Origin: a virus | Lineage: Duplodnaviria > Caudoviricetes | DNA length: 64,000 nt | Reading direction: 5' to 3' (one strand) | Virus record (IMG/VR): IMGVR_UViG_3300021399_000002 | Location: 118,656 to 182,655 of that record | Shown here: one piece after another, positions 24,001 to 37,914 of the stretch | Position numbering within the stretch: position 1 is the first letter of the stretch | Layout of the letters: the number at the start of each line of letters is the position of its first letter | The notes under the pieces: generated by a model | Told to the model about the DNA's origin: nothing | Databases searched by the model: none | Seen by the model: the letters and a program-made list of their open reading frames with translations, nothing else | Made by a program: the position numbers and the translations under genes

Positions 24001-27000
24001 CTAAATCTGCTAAATTATTAGTACCACTAGATAATAAGGACACACCAGTAGAAATATTCTATAAATAAGAATCACCAATCGCGGCAATTTCCTACTAGAA
24101 TAATTCATTAACATCATATCCAACTTGTGCTAATTTCTAATTTAAGCCAGCTAAATCTACTCTATTATGGCCCCATTCATCAGTATTAATAAAGTCTCTA
24201 ATATTAATACCCCAGTTTGCGAATGCAGTCTGGAAAGCGGCGATGGACTCTTCAGATAAATTCTAATAATTAGAAACTAAATCTTGAATAGCATTATATC
24301 TCTAATTCTATAATTCATATTTTAATTTATTATATGCTGCTTCAAGATTGGCTACATCTTCAGCAGTACCATTTTCACGTGCCGCAGCTAAATCAGCACT
24401 TAAATTCTTTAATACTGCTGCGGTTGCTTCCCATTCTTGAGTATATTCGTTAAAAACATACCCGCGTTCACGCATTACCTACTCAGCATTAATAGATTCA
24501 TTTTCAGTTGCAATAGCAAAATCCTAAGCTGCCTGCTAACTTACTTTCATAGCGATAATAGCATTAGTATTAGTAGCAATATTTCTCTTACTCTTAACTG
24601 CTTGCTATGATTCTATAATAGCACGCTTTACAGCTTCATTCTATTCTTTAGAAGCATCTAATGCTAAAATCCAATTGTCTCTCTATACTTCAGAAAGAAT
24701 AGTAAGAGTATCAGTTTCAGCACTTACTCCTAATGCCGCCTTCATTTCAGATGATAAATCATGAATATTAACGGTATCTCCAACATTCGCTCCAGCCAGA
24801 TTAGAAATTTGTGTTTTAATACGAGTATTAACATCACGAGAAGCATTATCACTAATAGTAGCATCAACCCATGCACTATAAGCCGCTTTATATTCTTCTG
24901 AAGCATCATTCCAGCCTCTTCTTGCAGCATATCCAGCAAAATCTTTAATACGAATTTGTCCATAGTCATTGATTTCAATTAATTCATCATTTATTAACTT
25001 TTGAAGTGCCGCATCATAATTATACCGATCCTTGCCATTTTTGTCTTTTCCTTCATAGACGCCAAATATTTCGCCAGCATCAGTATAAGTCTATATTAGT
25101 TCGTCAATACTAAGTGTATTCTTACTTAAAGTTTCTAAACCATTACGTTTTCCTTTATATTTATTATCTAGTCCTAAAGCAGCAATATTATTTAATTGTG
25201 AAATAGTTGCTTCTCCAGTTTCAGCCATCTAATTATATAAATTTTTATAGGCTTCAGCCAATGAGGTGGCAACAGAAACTACAACATTATTTTCAATTGT
25301 AAATCCTGCTTTAGTTAATGCTTCAATATGTTCCGTTGCAACAAAAGAACCAACTTCTAATGAATCTACTAATTCTGCAGCAGCTTGAATAGGAGCAATC
25401 TAAGCTTCATATGCGGTTTGTAGCTCTTCAGTAGTTGCTTCTGGCTTAACACGCTTTAATTCTTCAACTGCCACTGAACCGCCTTTTGATAGAATTTCTA
25501 ATGTAGATTTTGTGTGTTCTTTTGCCCATTCATTGATAGTTGATTCTGAGCCGTAAACTCCATAATCTTTAGCTTTGGTTATAAAATATTTTTGTAAATT
25601 ACTTTTTAAAGTATTAGATTCTCTTACAGTGGCTGTTCCAGATAAGAACTTACTAAAATCTAAATTATCTTTAAACAAAGCATCTATCTAATTCTATATA
25701 TAAGCTTGCTTCTCAGCTTCAGAAGCGAATGTTAAGTTTTCGGCTGATCTTTCAATCATACGACGCATATCATTAGTATCAAGAATCCAAGCATCTAATA
25801 ATGCATCATATATAAATGTCGCGCTTTCACCATTAAATAACTACCCAAAAGCTTTCTAGAAGCCCTATATTTCTACTTGACTTGAAGTGCCACTTACAGC
25901 TAATGAACCGGCTTTAGAAATATTATCAATATAAGAATCTGCGATCGTAGAGATATATTCATCAAAGATTTTAGAGTATTCATCGTCCATGGCTGTTTTA
26001 AACCCTTCAAAATCTTTAATAAACTTATTTCCTAATGCATCCGTACCAATATATTTATCATACTTATTTCCAAATTCTGCTCTAAAATCGTTTAAAGCCT
26101 ATTCACTTATGTTTTCATAAGAATCTAAAACTCCAATTAATGCTTCATTTTTATAATTCTTATTTAATTCAGTTGCAAGAGCTTCTCGTTTCTATTTTAA
26201 TTCACGAATAGTTTGTTCCGTCGCACCAGAACCTGGAGCTTCTGCTTCGGCAATTTGTGCATCAATATCTGCTAAAGTCTATTCTGTCGCAATTAATTGT
26301 TTAGACCACTCATCATATTCATAGCCCTTAGCTTCTGCATATTGTCTAATCTACTCATCATTTATTATGTTTTTATCCAATAGTCCATTATATCCAGATT
26401 TTGTAGCTAGTGACTTCCTATAATCGTCTAAATTAATTGAAGACTAAATAATATTTTCTAAATTTTCACCGCGAGTTCCACGAGAAGAAATAATACTATC
26501 ATTAATGGTTCTATAAACAGCCTATAAAGCTTCTTTTCCTTCGCCTTCATAGCTATCAATATAAGTCTTAAGTAATAATAATAAATTATCACGCAAATAT
26601 TCATTACTAATAGTTATTGTACCATCAACGGCCCCAATTGCTGCTTGCATTTCAGGTGTCAATGAGCTAACATTAATCTCGTCTCCAACTTTTGCAGAAG
26701 ATAAATTCTATAGCTAAGAAGCTATCTATTTACCTTTATTATCTTTCGCACGCTAAGCGATTTGACTATCAATAGTTTCAGTCGCAAAATCTGTAAAGCC
26801 TGCTAATGTTACACCAAATGCTTCAGCGAGCGCAGTTATAATCTATTCAGCACTTGCATTTGCGTCTGCTTCAAGAGAATTAGTTTCTGGATTATATTTA
26901 TAAATACCTTTAAGAGTTTCATCTTTAAATTCATTTGTTTCTTCATTATATAATTCAGATAATGCAATTTTATAAGTATTAGCATAAGTTTCTAATTCAT

Positions 27001-30000
27001 CTAAAGTAATACTTCCATCACTAGCCATATCAGCTACAGATTTAGCTTTTAATACATCTTTATTATTCGCTTCAGCCTAAGCTTTAATAAATTTATTATA
27101 ATCTTCTGCTGAAATTATTCCATTCTTAAATAATGATTCCATATTAGTCTATAATTGTTTGACTAATAATTTAACCATCATAGGATATTTTTTAACATTT
27201 TTATATCCTAACTAACTAGCTAATGCTTCTGAAGCATCACTTAATGTAGTATTATTATTATCTAATAATTCTTCAATTAAAGTAGTATACTACTAAGCAT
27301 TGGTCTGTCTACTCTATTTTTTAATAGTATCACTAATCTTAATTCCTAATACATCTTCTAATGGCTTGAAATTAGCTTCCTTTAAAGCTTCCCAAATTTC
27401 AACTGCTTTTTCCGCGGCTTCGCCGCCAAGAATATTCATATATGTAATAAAACTTTCATATATGGTATCTGATGCAGTTCCACCTGCAATAGCATCAAAG
27501 TCCATTGAAGCAATATATTGTAATGGAGAATTTTGTAAATAAGTCTATAAGAACTCTAATTCTTTTTGATCATATTGATTTAGTGCATCAATAACCCAAG
27601 TATTCCATTCTAAATTTTTATTTTCTGCTTTTTCTTTTTTAAACTAATCCTATAACTATTGTAATGTCTAACTTAAAACATTTTTTTCAGGTTCAGATAA
27701 TCCTTCTAATTTTCCTAATTGTTCAGTAATATTTTCTCCAGTAGAATCAGCAGTTAATTGTTTAATTACTTCCTATACAGAACTATCCTAAATAATTTCT
27801 GCTTGTCTACTGATTGCTTCTAATCTATCATTATTAGCTTCAGTAATCTATCTATATGATTCATCAAGAGCTTCTGAAGTAAGAACCCATTTATTTAAAT
27901 CAGCATTCCACTCAATTAAATTATCGGCTGTTCTATCTTTCTTTTCAGATTTAGCAATAATTTCCTATGCGGCTTTTAAAGCATCAGAATAATCCATTCC
28001 TTTTCCTATATTTCCTAATGCTTTTTCAGCCTCTTCTGCAATTTTAGAAGTTTCAGACATCATTGAAGAGATAGTTAATCCGATATTTGTATAAACTCTT
28101 TCTCTTATTTCTGTTAATTTAGAAACAATATCAGTTAAACCTAATGCTTCAAAATTCTTAATAGCCGTATCAATTGATTCAACATCAGTTAAATCTAATT
28201 CACGAAGTATAGGAGATATATCATGTTGCTAATCATCACTTAATTGTCCAATCTATTGATATAAAGTAGTTAAGCCATTTAAATAATTATCGGCAGCAAT
28301 TGTATAACCTTTATCCATTAATTGCTTGTATTGTGGTAATGAAGATTGCAAAATAGTAGCAACTTCTGCAGTTATGTTATCTTCGGTATTACTCATATCA
28401 AATAGTCGCCATAATTCTGTGTCCAATCCACCAGTATTTAAACTACCAACATAAGTTTTAATTGCATTATATAAATTAGTACGAACTAGCTATAAATTAG
28501 ACTAATAATCTTTTTGTATTGAAGTAATAATATTAGCATTTATACCATGCTCTGTATCAAAATTATGACTAGTTAAAAATTCATTTAATTTTTCAATACT
28601 ACTAATCTATGAATAATTTAAACCAGTAATTAATTCATCCGCTAACCACTAATTTTGATCAATATAAGTAACAAGTTCATTATAGAGAGTGGTTCCTAAT
28701 GTTGTATTTCCCGTTTCAGTCCAATCTACATTTTTTTTATACCTAGATATCATTGAACTAATAAACTATCTATATTGATTTAAATCAATTCCAGAAGTAG
28801 ATTTAGAATTAATTAAAAGCTAATTTTCTGTTAATGATAAAGCTGAAGCAGAAGTAACAGAATCTGTAATAACTTCAATATCATGTTCTGTTTTTAACAA
28901 TCCATTATTAATAAATTCACGAGTGTGCTAAATTGCTTGTACTAAATCGCTCGTACTTAAATTAGCTAAAGTTTTATCTAAATTATCTGCATTAATATTA
29001 GTGATTCCAGTAAGCTATTCATAATTTAAATCTTTATTATTCTCAACTGCTTTTTTTAATAAATTAGAATAATTGGTAAGTGCAATATCTGTGTTAGTTG
29101 CATTATTTAAAATCCAGTCATTTAAAACTGCATTGATTTCTTCCTAATGCTCTTCATATAGCTATTTAGTTTTTTCCTCAACATCCCAGTCATCTATATT
29201 AATTAAATCACCGATTTGTTCTCCTTCATATCCTAAAAATTGCACTGCTCTATTATATGCCATTATTAATGATTCATAAACAGTTCGTCCTTGCTCAATA
29301 CCACTATAACTTTCACTTGGAATAATTTGTTCTCTATTCTTATATCCTTCACTATCTTTAACATATAAATCAAAATTAGCATATATTCTATCAAAAATTT
29401 CATCAGGAGATAAATTAGAAATAACATCTTCAGTTAACTGAATATTGTCAGCAGCCTATAACTCTTTCCAAGCATCTTTTTCAATTAGAATACGCTCTTT
29501 TTCTTTATTTAACGCTTCAACAGTAGATGAAGCAGCTTCTGCACGCGCGTCAGCTAGAGCCAATTCTAATGATTCTAAGGTTATAATCTAATCACCGTTA
29601 ATTTCCATAGCAGATATCAATGCTGGATATGAATCAGCCAACTAATTCATATATTCATGATATTCAGTTAATGCTTCAGCAGATTCATACTATTTAGAAG
29701 ATAACTCATTTAATTTATCATAAGCCTATTGTAAATCATCTACCTTACCTCGATCTAATGTAGCTTCTTGTTGAGCCTTAGTTTCTGCTTTCTCGGCTAA
29801 TTCTAAACGACGGCTTAGACTTACATTAAACATATTAATACCAGAAATTAAAGAGGGTAATGCACTTGCTACAGCTCCGACTCCTATAGCTATAGGATTG
29901 CCGCCACTCATTAGGCCTCCCTAAATACCGCCTGAAATAGCATTAGCAATTGTACCTCCGACTCCAGCCCATAGTCCTGCTGATTGGTCTTGAGCAACGC

Positions 30001-33000
30001 TAGTACTGGCTCCATAATCAGAAGTTGCTTTTACATTTGCTAATGCTCCTGCAGCAGAGAACGCAGTAGAAACGAAGGTTAGTGCTGTACGCGTTTTATT
30101 AGAACCAAAAAGTGCTTGCAGCTTTGTTCCACCCTAGGCCATAATCTAATTCATCTCTGCACTAGCAGCTTGCGCCCAAGTTCTACCAAAAATTTGTCCC
30201 TAACGCTATGCTTCAGAATTTAAAGAAGATAAACTAGTAGATACATCAGTCTTCATCTAATCTAAGCTATTTTGTAATAATACAATAGCTAACTATGCAA
30301 TATTCTTAATAGTAGAAATAATCTATACTCCTAATGCCATGGCCCATATTGGTATATTACCTAAAGCTTTAGGTAAATTATTCGCACCATCAATAACATT
30401 AGTAATAGTGTCTAATATTCCTTTATATAAATCCTAAATTCCAGAGCTAGTATAGAACTCTTGGACTGTTACTTTCATACGCTCTATCTTAGCATCTATA
30501 GAATCCAAAGTTTTTAATGTCTATAATTCGCCAACATCTTCAGAATTATTAGCTAATTCTAATGCTCTTCTATACTCTTCAACATTACCAACCAAAGCTA
30601 AGAAACGAGACTATTGTCTATTACCAGCCATAATAGTTGCAATATAACGTTGAGCATTTTTATCAATAGAATCCCATTTATCGCCTAATTCTAAAATGAC
30701 ATCATCAAAATCCCTAAATTGCCCATTAACATCATGAATACTAATACCAATAGTCTATAAAGCTTTATCAACTCTGTTCAGACTCATTTCTTCCCCTTCA
30801 GAGTCAACCATTTTAGAAGGATCCGATGTCATTTCACCATAACGACTAATAACAGATTTTAAAGCAGTACCAATATTTGTTGCAGATTCACGAGTAACTG
30901 ACACCATAGTAGCAATCATTGCAGAAGTTGCTTCAAAACTTGCACCAACAGCTTCAGCAGACGAAGCAGTTTTACTAATAGCAGTAGCTAATTCTTCAGT
31001 ATCGGATGCCGTATGCGCAGCTAAATTACTAAATACATCGGTTACATGAGCGGCTTCGCTCATTTCTAATTTAAAACCACGCACAGCAGTAGTCATATAG
31101 TCTGCTGCAGTCGCATAATCAATTCCAGCAATACGTGCCATCTTTAAAGTTTCAGTTGTAAGATTCATTACATCGCCTTTATTTAAGCCTTGCTGATAAT
31201 AAATCTATGAAACTTCATAAACGCCCTTAATTGCTACACCATATTGACGAGCAATTTCACTGTAAGTACTAATTTGTCCCCATAAATCATTTTGAGACAT
31301 ATTAGTAACAACAGCAATTTGAGTCATTACTTTATCAAGTTCTTGAACATGAGTTTTCATGTCCTAAATTGCTTTTTTAGTTAAATTTAAAACTTGATAA
31401 AAACCCATCCAACGAGCAACAGCGGATGATACATTGGTTAATGATTTAGAGGCTTTTTCATATTTAGCAGTAGTAGATACATAATTTTCTAAAGCCCTAC
31501 GTGCCTAATCAATCTTATCTTTATCCTATTGCATGCCGTTAGCTAAACCACCATTAAGTAAAGCTAAAGTTGCTTGTAATAAATCCTAAATCTATTGTGA
31601 TAAAGCCTATGCTGCATCTTTTTTACTAGTTAAAGCCGCGGTATCAGCCGCGGCAGTAGCAGTCACAACACCCTGCGCTGCGCCATAATTGCTTGTAGTT
31701 GCCTATAATTGCTAGATCGCACTATCTAAATCCTTTATTTCTGTATTACTAATCTAACTCTAAATCTAAGCAATAATTTGATTAATAGCGCTTTCAACAC
31801 TAATACCATTTTTAATAGTACTCCAATCAATATTAAATGAACGATTAAAAACTGACTAAATTACAGAAGTTATACTACTTTTAAAATCATTTATATTAGA
31901 AATTCTATCTACAGTAGCGCCAGAAACATTTAAAGCATCATTAATTACTGTTTCTATTTTAGACTATAATTCAGTTTTAATCGCACTAACATCAACAGTC
32001 GAAGAATATGTTTGTAATTCTTTAATTAACTAATCAATATATCCCTATATTCCTTTACCTGTTTTAGTATTGACAAAATCATCTTGAGAAGAAAAATTGA
32101 TTAAATCTTTATACTGCTCTTTAATTTTATCAATTAATGGTAAACGATTCTGCCAATTTGTTCTACTACCATCAGGATTTTTCTACATCTTTTTAATATC
32201 AGTTAAATCCTAAATAGCTTTAGAAACATCTGCTTTTCTAGCATTGGCAAAATCTATTAAAACCTAAGTTGATTTATCAATACTTTCACGCTATGTATCA
32301 AATAATTTATTTGTACTCGCGCCCTACTTAATCTATAAATTTAAATTTAATTGTTTTAATGCGTCATCACCCAAATATCCTTTATAAACATCCGCTAGCT
32401 AAGTACGTAAATTATCCGCGCCAGCCTTAGTTAATGTTCTATTAGCTATTTGAGCATATTCACTAGAACTCACAATTGTATTCATAATAGAATCTTTATT
32501 AATCTATGGATTATTAATAAAATTCTATAAATTTTTTAAATTCTATTGTAAATCTGCAATTTCTTTATTTGCTTTTTCAATTTCAGTAGTTAAATTATCA
32601 GAAAATTCTGTAAAAGTAGTCTTAGATAAATCAATATTTAATTCTTTCGCCGCCTACCTTACTTTTCCAAAATCAGCATTATTTACATCATCAAATACTT
32701 TGCCTATTTTTCCAGATTCAATCCTATCAATCTCTCGCTCAAGTCCTTTCAAATCTTTAGTTAACTGAGAAAACTACCCTTGTATATTATTAGGTAATTT
32801 TAAATCATTTAAATTTAAAGTAGAAAAGGAACTTACAATCATTCCAATATGATCAAATACTTTATCATAATCCTATAGAAATTTTTTCGCTCCTGCACTA
32901 GTAGAGAATGAAGTAGCCATTTCTGAACGCAATTTGTTCACTTGGCGTAAAGCAGCATCTAATTCTTTAGTAATATTTTTCATAGAAGCAGTATTAGGCG

Positions 33001-33100
33001 AAACTGCATCCTAAAGAATCTACCTCAACTATTGAATCTAATTCTAAGCTCCCTATAAACCTAATGATACCTATATCTCTAAAGTATTGTTCGCAGCCAT
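18062..33100 (-). CDS. Giant tape measure protein, ~5,012 aa (very TAG-rich), with C-terminal cell-wall-binding repeats
   Basis: Ten ORF-track fragments between 18164 and 31168 share one frame; TP901-type TMP core (IYYQQGL, AADYMTTA, IGTALKS, AGNRQ[Q]SRFLAL); SD AAAGGAG at 33100; TAA at 18062 followed by the next SD. Not every codon was checked for TAA/TGA. Confidence 0.85.
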
Positions 33101-33124
33101 TCGTATTCATCTCCTTTTCTCGCA

Positions 33125-33163
33125 TAAAAAATAAAGAGCCACCTTCCGAAGAAAGTGGCTCTT
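33125..33163 (-). terminator. Intrinsic terminator upstream of tape measure gene
   Basis: AAGAGCCAC...GTGGCTCTT stem followed by U-tract on - strand. Confidence 0.7.
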
Positions 33164-34049
33164 AAAATTCCTCTTCAGGTTTTCCTAAACGAGTAATTTC
33201 CATAATCAAATTCTTTTTATCTCCAACAGTTTCTGGCAGCCCTATTATATTAAAAGTAGAAACAGTTGGATCTGCCCTTTCTCCCAGTCGTAAATTAATA
33301 TTACTTACAACCCTAACTTTAGGCATATATAATACATTTGTATAATTAATGCCTTCATTCTCATCTTTAGAATAAAATTTAGCTTCTAAAGTAAATAATC
33401 CATTAAAGCGTTCTTTCTATACAGTATATATCAACGCTTCATCACTATATTTATAGTAATAATCAACGGCATATTTTCTATTATTTTCTGCTGGTGTTTC
33501 GAAATTTTTATCCTTAGCTAAAGCTAATCTATAATGTGGATTATCAAAAGGGTCAAGAACTTCTATATATTTTCCATATAATTTTTGCTATATAGCATTT
33601 CTAGTATATTCAAAAATAAAAATTTTTTTATCTGGATAAAATATAGGCTTATTCGTTAATTCAACAACAGGAAACAATAAACCATTATGCTCATATTCAT
33701 CTACAATTGTTAAATTTTCTTCTTTTATAGGAATATATAATGGTTCATCTTCCTTCTAACTGGTGACATTCGCACTTAAAAGTATACTCATTCCAACTGA
33801 AGACATAACTCCTTCAGTCATTTGAAATGTTACTTCAGTGCGCTCATCCCATATTACACGTGGCATATTAGCCCAGCCGCCACGAGCAAAGACTGGCCTA
33901 TTCTATTCAGACAACAATGAGAGGTTAACATTATTAAAATATAATACTGGCTCTTGTGATTCAATATATCTATCTCCAAACTACATAGGGGTTTTCGCGC
34001 GAAGGATTACTTCATATAACTCTTTATATCCAAAATATTCATCATTCAT
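33162..34049 (-). CDS. Second tail-tube-like protein (paralog of the major tail protein), 295 aa, TAG=Gln; absent from ORF track
   Basis: FGYKELYEV..ARGGWANMPRVIWD..EVTFQM matches YGIKEVANV..AQGGWGNPRLIQWD..EINITL of the 34110 gene; C-terminal RADPTVSTF vs EGDPSTF. Confidence 0.75.
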
Positions 34050-34063
34050 AGGTATCACCGCCT

Positions 34064-34097
34064 AAAAAAAAGAAAGGGGTCCCCATTAGGGAACCCC
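34064..34097 (-). terminator. Intrinsic terminator after major tail gene
   Basis: GGGGTTCCC-loop-GGGACCCC stem + U-tract on - strand. Confidence 0.7.
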
Positions 34098-34109
34098 GGT
34101 ATAACTCGA

Positions 34110-35072
34110 TTACTGAGCTACAGAGCCGATATCGTCTTCAGTAGTGCCACCAGAGGTAGTACCGATGTTATAACGAACTAGCTTCATCATTTCATTCTGA
34201 CCATCATCGTTGGTAGAACGTAATACATTTAGAGTCATTTCAAAGGTAGAAGGATCGCCTTCAGCCTGTAGAGTAATAGTAACATTGCTCTGTACCTTTG
34301 CCTTATTAATAACGAACTGGAATGGCTCATCCTTACCAGTCTTTTCAGAACGCATGAAGGTATCACCAACAACCTTGTAAGTTCCAGGGAAAGTATCAGG
34401 AGAAATGGTTACTTCAATAGCAGTCTCATTTCCTTCATTATTCTGAAGAACTTCTTCCCAGAAAATACGAATGTGATCGCCAGCAGCAGTTAGCTGTTCA
34501 GCAGGTTGTTCAGTAGAATCATAACCGATCATAGCAGGGTTGACGAAATTAATTGCTTTATTACCCGGTAAACTAATCTCCGCTGCGCCTTTCGTAGGTC
34601 TAATTTGAGTACGAGTACCCTGAGTTAAGTTGATTAAACGAATTGGATGTTCGTAAGAAGCTTTTGGAGTTAATTGAACACCAGTTAAATGATCTTTAGG
34701 TAGTGGTACAACACCATTAGTGCCGCAAACTACTTCTTCAGTATGACGTACGATAACAGGCTTACCAGATTCTGGCTTTTTAATAGCGCCACCTAACATG
34801 AAACGTAAAGATTCTAGAGACATTAAAGCATCTTCTAGAGTAATATTGATTTCCTTACCATAATCCCACTGAATTAGACGAGGATTGCCCCAGCCGCCCT
34901 GCGCAGCTGTATTTTCTGCAGTGGTCTCAATGGTGGAAACTTTTAGGGTATCTAAGAATAGAACAATATCACCAGCATATACGCCAGCGGCGAGATCGTC
35001 TTCTAGAGCTTCAAAATAAACATTAGCAACTTCTTTAATGCCATATTTATCAAAAATATTTACATTAGCCAT
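34110..35072 (-). CDS. Major tail (tube) protein
   Basis: TAG-free ORF with highly expressed codon bias; SD AAGGAGG; position between neck genes and TMP; followed by terminator. Confidence 0.75.
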   Translation of the reverse strand: MANVNIFDKYGIKEVANVYFEALEDDLAAGVYAGDIVLFLDTLKVSTIETTAENTAAQGGWGNPRLIQWDYGKEINITLEDALMSLESLRFMLGGAIKKPESGKPVIVRHTEEVVCGTNGVVPLPKDHLTGVQLTPKASYEHPIRLINLTQGTRTQIRPTKGAAEISLPGNKAINFVNPAMIGYDSTEQPAEQLTAAGDHIRIFWEEVLQNNEGNETAIEVTISPDTFPGTYKVVGDTFMRSEKTGKDEPFQFVINKAKVQSNVTITLQAEGDPSTFEMTLNVLRSTNDDGQNEMMKLVRYNIGTTSGGTTEDDIGSVAQ

Positions 35073-35091
35073 AAAAGTTACCTCCTTTAAA

Positions 35092-35871
35092 TTAAGTTTT
35101 TTCTGTACTTGCAATGGAACGCATCCAATGCTTTAACTAAGATTTTTTTAGCTTAGCTCCTGCGAGAGCTGCTTTCTAATTTATATTAAACTAATCACGC
35201 CAGCCCATCCGCTTTAGCTAATCATGAAAAGCATAATATGTAATATCCCAAATATTTATCATATTTAGGCCACAATCATTGATAGCAATACTACCAATTA
35301 AATCAGATAACTTTAAATCAGAACCTTCTTTAGCATTCTATTTTGCTTTTGCTCTACGAACTTTTTCACGATTTTCACGCATTTTTTGTTTTAATTTTTT
35401 TGTCGCAGGTAAATCATCAGCATATATAATAATTTCCTCGCCTTCAACTTCTAAAAAATACATACGGCGCAATACACGCTACAAATCATAAAACTTTTCT
35501 TCATTTAATATGCGTTTATCAGTCAAAGGCCCTATAAAAATTGAAGGAGGGTCTAAACTTAAAGTTATTTCTTCATGAGTAAAAAATTTAAAAGCTCCTT
35601 TTAAATTTTCATTCATATTAATATCTAAATTTGCCATTAAAAGAATAAACTAAAAATCTGTTAATGAATCAATCATTTTCTTCATTTCAGCATCAATATT
35701 CTTTTGCTCTATAGGTTTAGTAGAAGTAATAACAGATAAATATATCTAAAATTTATCATATCCTAAATCTACTATTTCACCCAAAGTAGCAGGATAAACT
35801 GCACAAATATCGTCAATAAAAACGGGACTTCCTTTTTGAAATTTTAATATTTCTGTATCAGTTAAATTCAT
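35092..35871 (-). CDS. Virion morphogenesis hypothetical protein (possible tail assembly factor), TAG=Gln
   Basis: Read-through ORF MNLTDTEIL...AGAKLKKS[Q]LKHWMRSI; ends at TAA just before major tail SD. Confidence 0.6.
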
Positions 35872-36361
35872 TAATCTAATACTGCATAGTATAGCCGCCA
35901 ATTTGTGAAGTAAAAACTGTTCTATCAGCCCGTACAAATTGTAAAGTTCCAATTCCTGCCATCTATGCTCCATTGAATATGTTATCAATGCGTTCCATAA
36001 TTAAGTATGGCCGCAAAGAATGCTCATTTAAAACCCATTCATCATAAGGACAAGCTACTTCGACACCAATTGTATCTATCTTATAATCTGGGTTTATTAC
36101 ATTGGTAATAAAACTATTAAATAATACTACTACATATGAAGTTTTTTCTGTACTATCATCCCATATTTTAGGAGTAATCATAATCTATTTATTTAATAGT
36201 AATATCCCATCTACTTCTTCGTATTTTTCATCAAAAGGATCCCGTACCTAATATTTTAATAGACGACAAAGTTCTCTATCTTTCATAAGCTTATTTGCCA
36301 TATTAAATGCATTATTACCCATTACAGCAAATCTGCGCTAAGTAGGTCGTTCTATTGCCAT
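35858..36361 (-). CDS. Putative tail terminator/neck protein, TAG=Gln
   Basis: Extends ORF 35963..36181 on both sides; LCRLLKY, RPYLIMERID..F..GIGTLQF; synteny. Confidence 0.6.
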
Positions 36362-36371
36362 TTATCTCACC

Positions 36372-37592
36372 TCACCATAAAGGAATAATCTCTACAGTTT
36401 TGGTATATTCCTTACCCTAATAAGTAGCAATTAAAATAACCTTTCCTAATTTATTTTTATCATTTGCATGAAGTACATATATTTTATTATTATTAGAATC
36501 TACGTCCTCTTTAATAGTTGCATAATCATAAGTTTTTTGATTCTTTTGAATACTTATTTCTGCATTTATAATATTTTCATCAGCTTTTAAAACATAAGTT
36601 CCATAGCGATCTAATTTAATATTATCTGGCCCATCAATATAAATCAAAGATGGTTCATCTTTAGGATAAATAGTAACTTCTACTTCATGTTCTACAGCAG
36701 GCCGATTTTTTAATTGCATTTTAATTATACACTATCCTGGCGCGATAGCATTAAAATTATCATCAATAAAATCACAATCATCCGGTTTGATTAAATTAAT
36801 TTCCCACTAATTCAATGTGTCTTCTTCGAATTTAGGAACAATCTATTCGCCCACCTTATATAATGTTGGTAATGCTGGAAATTTATATCTATCAGTATCA
36901 GCAACATCTATATCCCTATCATCATACTAATAATTGACTTTACTTTCTGTTAATGAAATATAAATAATTCCTTCTACACTAGTCCAGTCACACTCAATAA
37001 CTATCCATCCTTCATTTTCAATAATAAAAGTAACTCCTCTCATTAATTCATTATAATCCTCACTATTTTTTCTAAAAATAGGTCTTGGCATAATAATTTC
37101 TGCAAACTTATTTGGCTATGGAGAAATCAAAGAATGCCACATTCTAAAGTTACTTTTAATTTTACTATCTACAGAACTTACAGCATAAGCCCAAGACTTG
37201 CGTAAATATCCATCTGTATCAATCCATTTTAATTCATAATTACATTTAACCATCTAAAATGTCTAATACTATTCATGTACTTTATGTATTTTCTATAATA
37301 AAAGCCATTTTTCAATAGCTCCATTATCCTATCTCCATGTTACTATATCACCAACTACTATAGGTATATCATTGGCAACATATAAATACATAATTTTCTG
37401 TTCTTCTTTATCTTTACTTGTCTAAATAATCCCACTAAAATAATATCCACGTTCGACAGATAAATCAGTAACAGTAAATGGAGATTGAGCCAGCCATTTT
37501 TCAAAAGCTACAATCCCACTATTATTAATTCTTTCAGCTATTGTCTCTCCAAAGTGATTCACACGGGAAAAATAAACATCAAGATAATTCAT
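36372..37592 (-). CDS. Putative head closure/neck protein with C-terminal Ig-like region, TAG=Gln
   Basis: ATG 37592 in frame with ORF 36417..36719; ends at TGA 36372 with next SD; synteny. Confidence 0.6.
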
Positions 37593-37914
37593 CTGGTATT
37601 GTTAATCCACCAACTAGATTGATACACTCAAAAATATTTTTTCTAAAATACTCATATGATAAATATCGTAAAAGTGCAACTTTTCCTAGTAGTGGCCACC
37701 AATTGATAGAATTTGCCCCAAGACCTAGTAATTCAATTAAAATTGAATCTAAAAATTTTTCCCATTCTCCATCTTTTTCTCTTTCGCAAAGTAATCCGTA
37801 AAAGCGGCCTTTAAGTTTACTTTTATAACTATCAAAAGTTATTTGAGTAAACTTGTCGCTTCCCTGCCAGTTTTCTAAATATTTCTGAAGGGGTTTTTCC
37901 ACGCGATCTGTCAT
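37579..37914 (-). CDS. Hypothetical protein in neck cluster
   Basis: TAG-free ORF; overlaps the adaptor gene 3' end, so the true start may be downstream. Confidence 0.55.
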   Translation of the reverse strand: MTDRVEKPLQKYLENWQGSDKFTQITFDSYKSKLKGRFYGLLCEREKDGEWEKFLDSILIELLGLGANSINWWPLLGKVALLRYLSYEYFRKNIFECINLVGGLTIPDELS

